DNA of 64,000 bases, taken from an uncultured archaeon. Lineage in GTDB: Archaea; Thermoproteota; Bathyarchaeia; Bathyarchaeales; Bathycorpusculaceae. Location: the NCBI GenBank assembly GCA_963810275.1, contig CAWENF010000026.1:38024-102023 (forward strand), given 5' to 3'. The notes beneath the pieces were generated by a model. The model was not told where the DNA came from. It was given only the letters and a program-made list of their open reading frames with translations, and did not search any database. Made by a program: the position numbers and the translations under genes. This document shows positions 59,697 through 64,000 of this stretch, piece after piece; the stretch's first letter is position 1; each line of letters opens with the position of its first letter.

Positions 59697-61647
59697 CTAC
59701 ATTTTTTCCGGTGCAGTCACACCAATCAAATTCAGGGCGTTGCGCATAACAATCTGAATCGCTTTAGTCAACGCAAGCCGCGCATCGATTAGCCCTTCTG
59801 AGTCGGCTTTAAGCACGGGGTGAGCGTTATAGAATGTGTTGAATTTGTCTGCCAAGGCGTTTACGTAGTCGGCGACGTTGTTGGGTTTGAGGTACTCGGT
59901 TGCTTCTATGAACATGTCAGCGAAGCCGGCTAAGTTCAGGATTAACTCTTTTTCTAAGCGTTCAGCGAGCAAAGCGTAGTCAGGGTGTTCGGGTTCCCTA
60001 TCAGCTTTACGCAGAATACTGCAAGCGCGGGCATGCGTGTACTGCACATATGGGGCGCTATTGGTCTCAAAGTTCAAAACACGCTCCCAAGTGAACATAA
60101 CGGTTTTACCCGAATCCACATCCACCAAAGCATAACGCACTGCACCCAAACCAACAAAGTTGGCAATGTTGCGTTTCTCGTCCTCGGTAAGAATTGGGGA
60201 ACGCTTAGAAACCTCTTCATAAGCACGCTGCACAGCCTCATCAAGCACCTCATCAAACGTTATGTAATGCCCACGGCGGCTGCTCATCTTGTAACCAGGC
60301 AACGTGACGAGATTGTAAGCGAAATGCACAAGGTTCTCGGCAGCTTCATCGTAGCCCATAGCGTATAGCGCCAGTTTAAGCTGTAGCTGCGCAAGCGATT
60401 GCTCCATACCTATGACGTTGACAACTTTCTGAGCGTGCTGGAACTTCCACAGCGTATAAGCTATGTCGCGGGTCGTGTACAGTGTAGTACCGTCAGCGCG
60501 CACTAATGTTAGGGGAGGAACTTCATTGTTCTTGCTTAAACCCAACTTGCCCTTCAAATCAAGCGTTACAGCGGCGTTGTTAGCGTCAAACTGCTGTACC
60601 CCCTTCTCGTTAATTATGAACGGCGTCGCCTGCAGCTTACGCATAACCTCATCCACTTGGGGCGTCCATACGAAATCGCTTTCCCAATCCCAAGAATCGT
60701 AGGTTACACCAACACGCTGCATGGTCTGGCGGAAACCATCCAAACAGAGGTCACTGACTTCCCGTATTAGGTCTTTAGCGTCGGGTTGCCCGTCTTCGTA
60801 ATGTCGGTTGAGACGACTGATTTCATCCTCAGGGTTTTCGTCTTCACCGATGCGTTGTGCCAACGCCTCGAAAAGCACAGGGAACTTTTCACGAAGCTCC
60901 GAAGCTATACCAACCCACTCATCAAGTTCACCGTTCACTTTGACAAGTTCATCAGGATTTTTAGCGTCAATCGCTCGCTGTTTGGCTTGTTTAAGGCGGT
61001 TAATTTCAACTAGGCAACTGGTGACAGTGTAGATTTTACCCACAAACAAATCAGGCTTCTCGGTTGGTTTTGGTCTACCCAGCTTATCGTACCCGTAGGC
61101 AACTACGCTACTTTGGCGTCCCACATCATCGATGTAATAGTGTCGCTCAACACTGTGCCCTCTACACTGCAGAATACGCGCCAAAGCGTCACCAAGCATC
61201 GGGTTGCGTGCCTGCCCAATATGAATAGGATGCAGCGGATTCACGCTGGTGTGTTCCACAATAATTTTCTGCGGCTCCTGCGTCATAACAAAACCATAGT
61301 GGTCATCCAAAGTTTTGATAGATTCCAACGTTAAAGCAGCAAATTTGCCAAAGTCAACAAAAAAATTGATGTACCCAGCACCTGCAGGTTCAACTTTCTG
61401 AATAAGCTCAAAACGGCTTTTGTCTACGGCAGCCGCAACTTGCTGGGCAAGCACCTGAGGTTTTCTGCCCCAACTGTTTAGCTAACTCAAAACACAAGGA
61501 AGCCGAGAGTTGCCCGAAATCGATGTTCTGCGTCTTTTTCAATGTAACTGTGCAGGGCTCATGGTTTGGTAGGGCTTTAGATAATGCGTCTTTTAGAACA
61601 ACTTGGCATTCGGCTCGAAACAGGTCGTAAGGGTTCTGCACGTTCAT
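59697..61647 (-). CDS. argS: Arginine-tRNA ligase, frameshift near 61462
   Basis: HTSVNP..HIGQARN, DGTTLYTTRD, KMSSRRG, YVQYTHAR, APEKM; N-terminus in ORF 61408..61647. Confidence 0.96.
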
Positions 61648-61747
61648 AACTTTTAGCTCCAGATACTTGAACAGGCGATTATTTGTTTTGATAGGTTATA
61701 TTTTAAATGCGATGGCACCTTTATGTGTCTGCTGGATGCAAACAGTG

Positions 61748-62596
61748 ATGGATACGAAAATAGTCTATTCAGAAAAATGTTTAGGCTATGGAACATGGCA
61801 CATTGAAGGCCCACAGCGCGTTAAAATCGCACAAGACGTTTTAAAACAAAAAGGCTACCAATTTGTGGAGCCAACTCCAGCCTCAGAGGATGAAGTTTTC
61901 TCAGTTCACGACATGGACTATATTTGGAACGTCAAAAAAGGCATGGTGGAAGACCCAGACACCCCAGCTTACCCAAACATCTGGGAATACGCCGCCCTCA
62001 GCGTCGGAGGAGCATTGCTTGCCAGCAAAATCGGCGGCTTCTCACTTACACGTCCACCAGGGCACCACGTGGGAAGGTACGGTGCAGCTTTAGGAGTGTT
62101 TAGCCGTGGATTCTGCTTTTTTAATAACATCGCCATCGCAGTCAAGGAGTCAGGCAAAAAAACCTTGATTTTAGACATAGACGGTCACCACGGCAACGGA
62201 ACGCAGGAAGTATTCTTGGGCGACCCAAACGTAGCCTACGTTTCCGTGCATCAGTCACCAAATTTCCCAGGTACAGGCGGCAAATCTGAAGTTAACTGCT
62301 TCAACTTTCAATTACCGCCCAATGTGGGTAGGGAAATCTATTTTGAAACTCTCGATAAAGCGTTGGCGTCGGTTGACACCGGCAAATTTGAGGCACTGGC
62401 GGTTTCGGCAGGTTTTGACGCGCACAGCTGCGATTTAGCTTCGCTTGGGCTCGAAACAGTAGACTATTTTGAAATCGGCAAACGCATCGCCAAAATAGAG
62501 TTACCCGCTTTTTTCGTGTTGGAAGGCGGCTACAACGGACAAAACGTAGGGTTAGATATTGATAGCTTGCTGAAGGGTTACGAAGAAAACCGTTAA
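61748..62596 (+). CDS. Histone deacetylase family amidohydrolase
   Basis: RPPGHH, GFCFFNN, DIDGHHGNGT, SAGFD, LEGGY. Confidence 0.95.
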   Translation: MDTKIVYSEKCLGYGTWHIEGPQRVKIAQDVLKQKGYQFVEPTPASEDEVFSVHDMDYIWNVKKGMVEDPDTPAYPNIWEYAALSVGGALLASKIGGFSLTRPPGHHVGRYGAALGVFSRGFCFFNNIAIAVKESGKKTLILDIDGHHGNGTQEVFLGDPNVAYVSVHQSPNFPGTGGKSEVNCFNFQLPPNVGREIYFETLDKALASVDTGKFEALAVSAGFDAHSCDLASLGLETVDYFEIGKRIAKIELPAFFVLEGGYNGQNVGLDIDSLLKGYEENR

Positions 62597-62616
62597 ACCC
62601 CCAGAAAAAGAAAAAA

Positions 62617-63258
62617 TTATTGTTTTTCTGCTTCAAGCTCTTTTTCGCGTTTCTTAGCTGCAGCGCGTTCGTTAAGCGCTTCAAGCTTTGAAGCAACACG
62701 CTCTGAACGTTCCTCAGCTGACGACAAAAGGGGCTTCCAATCCTTCTTTTTTACTGTATCCATTAAGTGCTCGGTTTGATCCGGCAGCTTGTCCAAGGCA
62801 TCGTTGAAGCGTTTGTCGGCTTCCTCGTCGGACTCTACGAGTTCCAGCGCTTCCTCTGGGCAAACTTTGATGCATTGTGGGTCGCCTTCGCAGAGGTTAC
62901 ATGCGATTGCTTTGCCAGTTTCGGCATGAATAGTTATGCCGCCGTGTGGACAGGCTTGGACACACCAGTCGCAGCCTTTGCATTTTTTGTCGTCGATTAT
63001 GAGTAAGCTGTTGTTTTCGGATTGGGTGATTGCTCGTTCAGGGCAGGCTTTTACGCATCTTGCATCGACGCATCCGCGGCATGTGAGTGCAAAATTGAAT
63101 ACTGGGGCCATGCGGACGACCCGGATTCTGCTTCTGATTGGGTTCCAGTTGCCTTCGCCTTTCTCGGTTGTGCAGGCGTATTCGCAGATTCCGCAGCCTA
63201 TACATTTGCTGGGGTCCACTGACACGAATTTTCTAGGTAAGGGTTTTGCCGACGACAT
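62617..63258 (-). CDS. 4Fe-4S dicluster (HycB/CooF-like) electron-transfer protein
   Basis: Four Cys cluster motifs (CIGCGIC, CRGC..CP, CKGCDWC, CNLC..CP); C-terminal helical extension. Confidence 0.9.
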   Translation of the reverse strand: MSSAKPLPRKFVSVDPSKCIGCGICEYACTTEKGEGNWNPIRSRIRVVRMAPVFNFALTCRGCVDARCVKACPERAITQSENNSLLIIDDKKCKGCDWCVQACPHGGITIHAETGKAIACNLCEGDPQCIKVCPEEALELVESDEEADKRFNDALDKLPDQTEHLMDTVKKKDWKPLLSSAEERSERVASKLEALNERAAAKKREKELEAEKQ

Positions 63259-63631
63259 ATATTTCCAAACCTTTTTTTGGTGTTAAAGTATCACTGTGCA
63301 TCATAAGCATTTATGCGTTACTTAAGAAAACTGGTTTTTCTATGCTAAAGATGTTGAAAAAACTTGAAAAAACTGCTTTTGTTGCGTTTTGCATGTTTCA
63401 TGTTTTACATTTGAAGAGAATGTTAGCTTTTTCGGCATCATTTTTGCTCTTCATATAGAGCCACCCTTATAAAAAGAGAAAGAACATCTATTTGCAGCTT
63501 TTTCCTTGGTAAACGATCTGCTTCATCGGAACAGTTGATTAAGCAAACAGTTAATGCAGATGGATTCAAAGCAGAAACGAAAAGAGATGAAGTTTGAATG
63601 CGTACGAGTCCTTGCGGAAAGCATATGACTG

Positions 63632-63829
63632 CTAAGGTTGCTTTAGCGATGTTTGGCTGTGCTGCTGACCAGCCGTTGCCCAGTTCTCCAACGGAATTTC
63701 ATTAATGATTATGGTGGTCGCTTGCGGCGGAATGCCTATATCAGTGAAGACTTTGGTTATTCCGTTCACAATTTTCTTTTTAGTTTCGGGCGTTTGTCCT
63801 GCCCAGACGTTTACTTGCACAAAAGGCAT
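63632..63829 (-). CDS. 4-oxalocrotonate tautomerase family protein
   Basis: N-terminal Pro; EIPLENWATAG. Confidence 0.9.
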   Translation of the reverse strand: MPFVQVNVWAGQTPETKKKIVNGITKVFTDIGIPPQATTIIINEIPLENWATAGQQHSQTSLKQP

Positions 63830-64000
63830 TAGATTACACCATAAAATTGATAGTAGACGAGCTTGATTAATTTTTTTGGCAGGTTAGGCGTACCTGCAAA
63901 CTTGGGTATTAAGGCATGTGGTTATTTGCTTGGATATTTTCGGGTAAAGATTTATTCATGCGTACATAGCTGCTTAGTCACAAACCTATCATTGCGATTA

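Noticed and set aside
61400-61470. Programmed ribosomal frameshift in argS
   Set aside because: One extra base in a short homopolymer with no slippery heptamer; many similar indels occur across the window

Overview
Archaeal chromosomal window, most consistent with Bathyarchaeia (inferred from the archaeal ACDS/CODH operon, ftr, cofE, split purSLQ, GGAGGTGA ribosome-binding sites and frequent TTG starts). No rRNA, tRNA, CRISPR array or transposase was recognised. From left to right: an oxidative/general stress block (sod, zinc-type ferredoxin, disulfide reductase, glutaredoxin with ferredoxin:disulfide reductase, nth, peroxiredoxin, a wHTH-VIT1 fusion, ferritin-like and flavodoxin genes, and four KGG/Em-like genes); a purine cluster (purF-purD-HAD-ftr-pfkB, purM, purS-purL-purQ); cooC-cdhABCDE; a DUF134/NifX/COG1149 cluster; frhB-like, metF-like and cofE genes; a PLP enzyme-DUF1611-PP-loop operon; two deoxyhypusine synthase paralogs; argS and neighbours. 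About ten single-base frameshifts, including in argS and purD, look like assembly errors. The strongest leads are (1) a HAD-Ftr paralog-PfkB trio translationally coupled to purD where purN/purT is missing, a candidate new GAR formylation route; (2) four genes whose expected start codon is ACG; (3) a possible D-amino-acid/peptide epimerisation operon. All family assignments come from motif recognition by eye; no database search was run.
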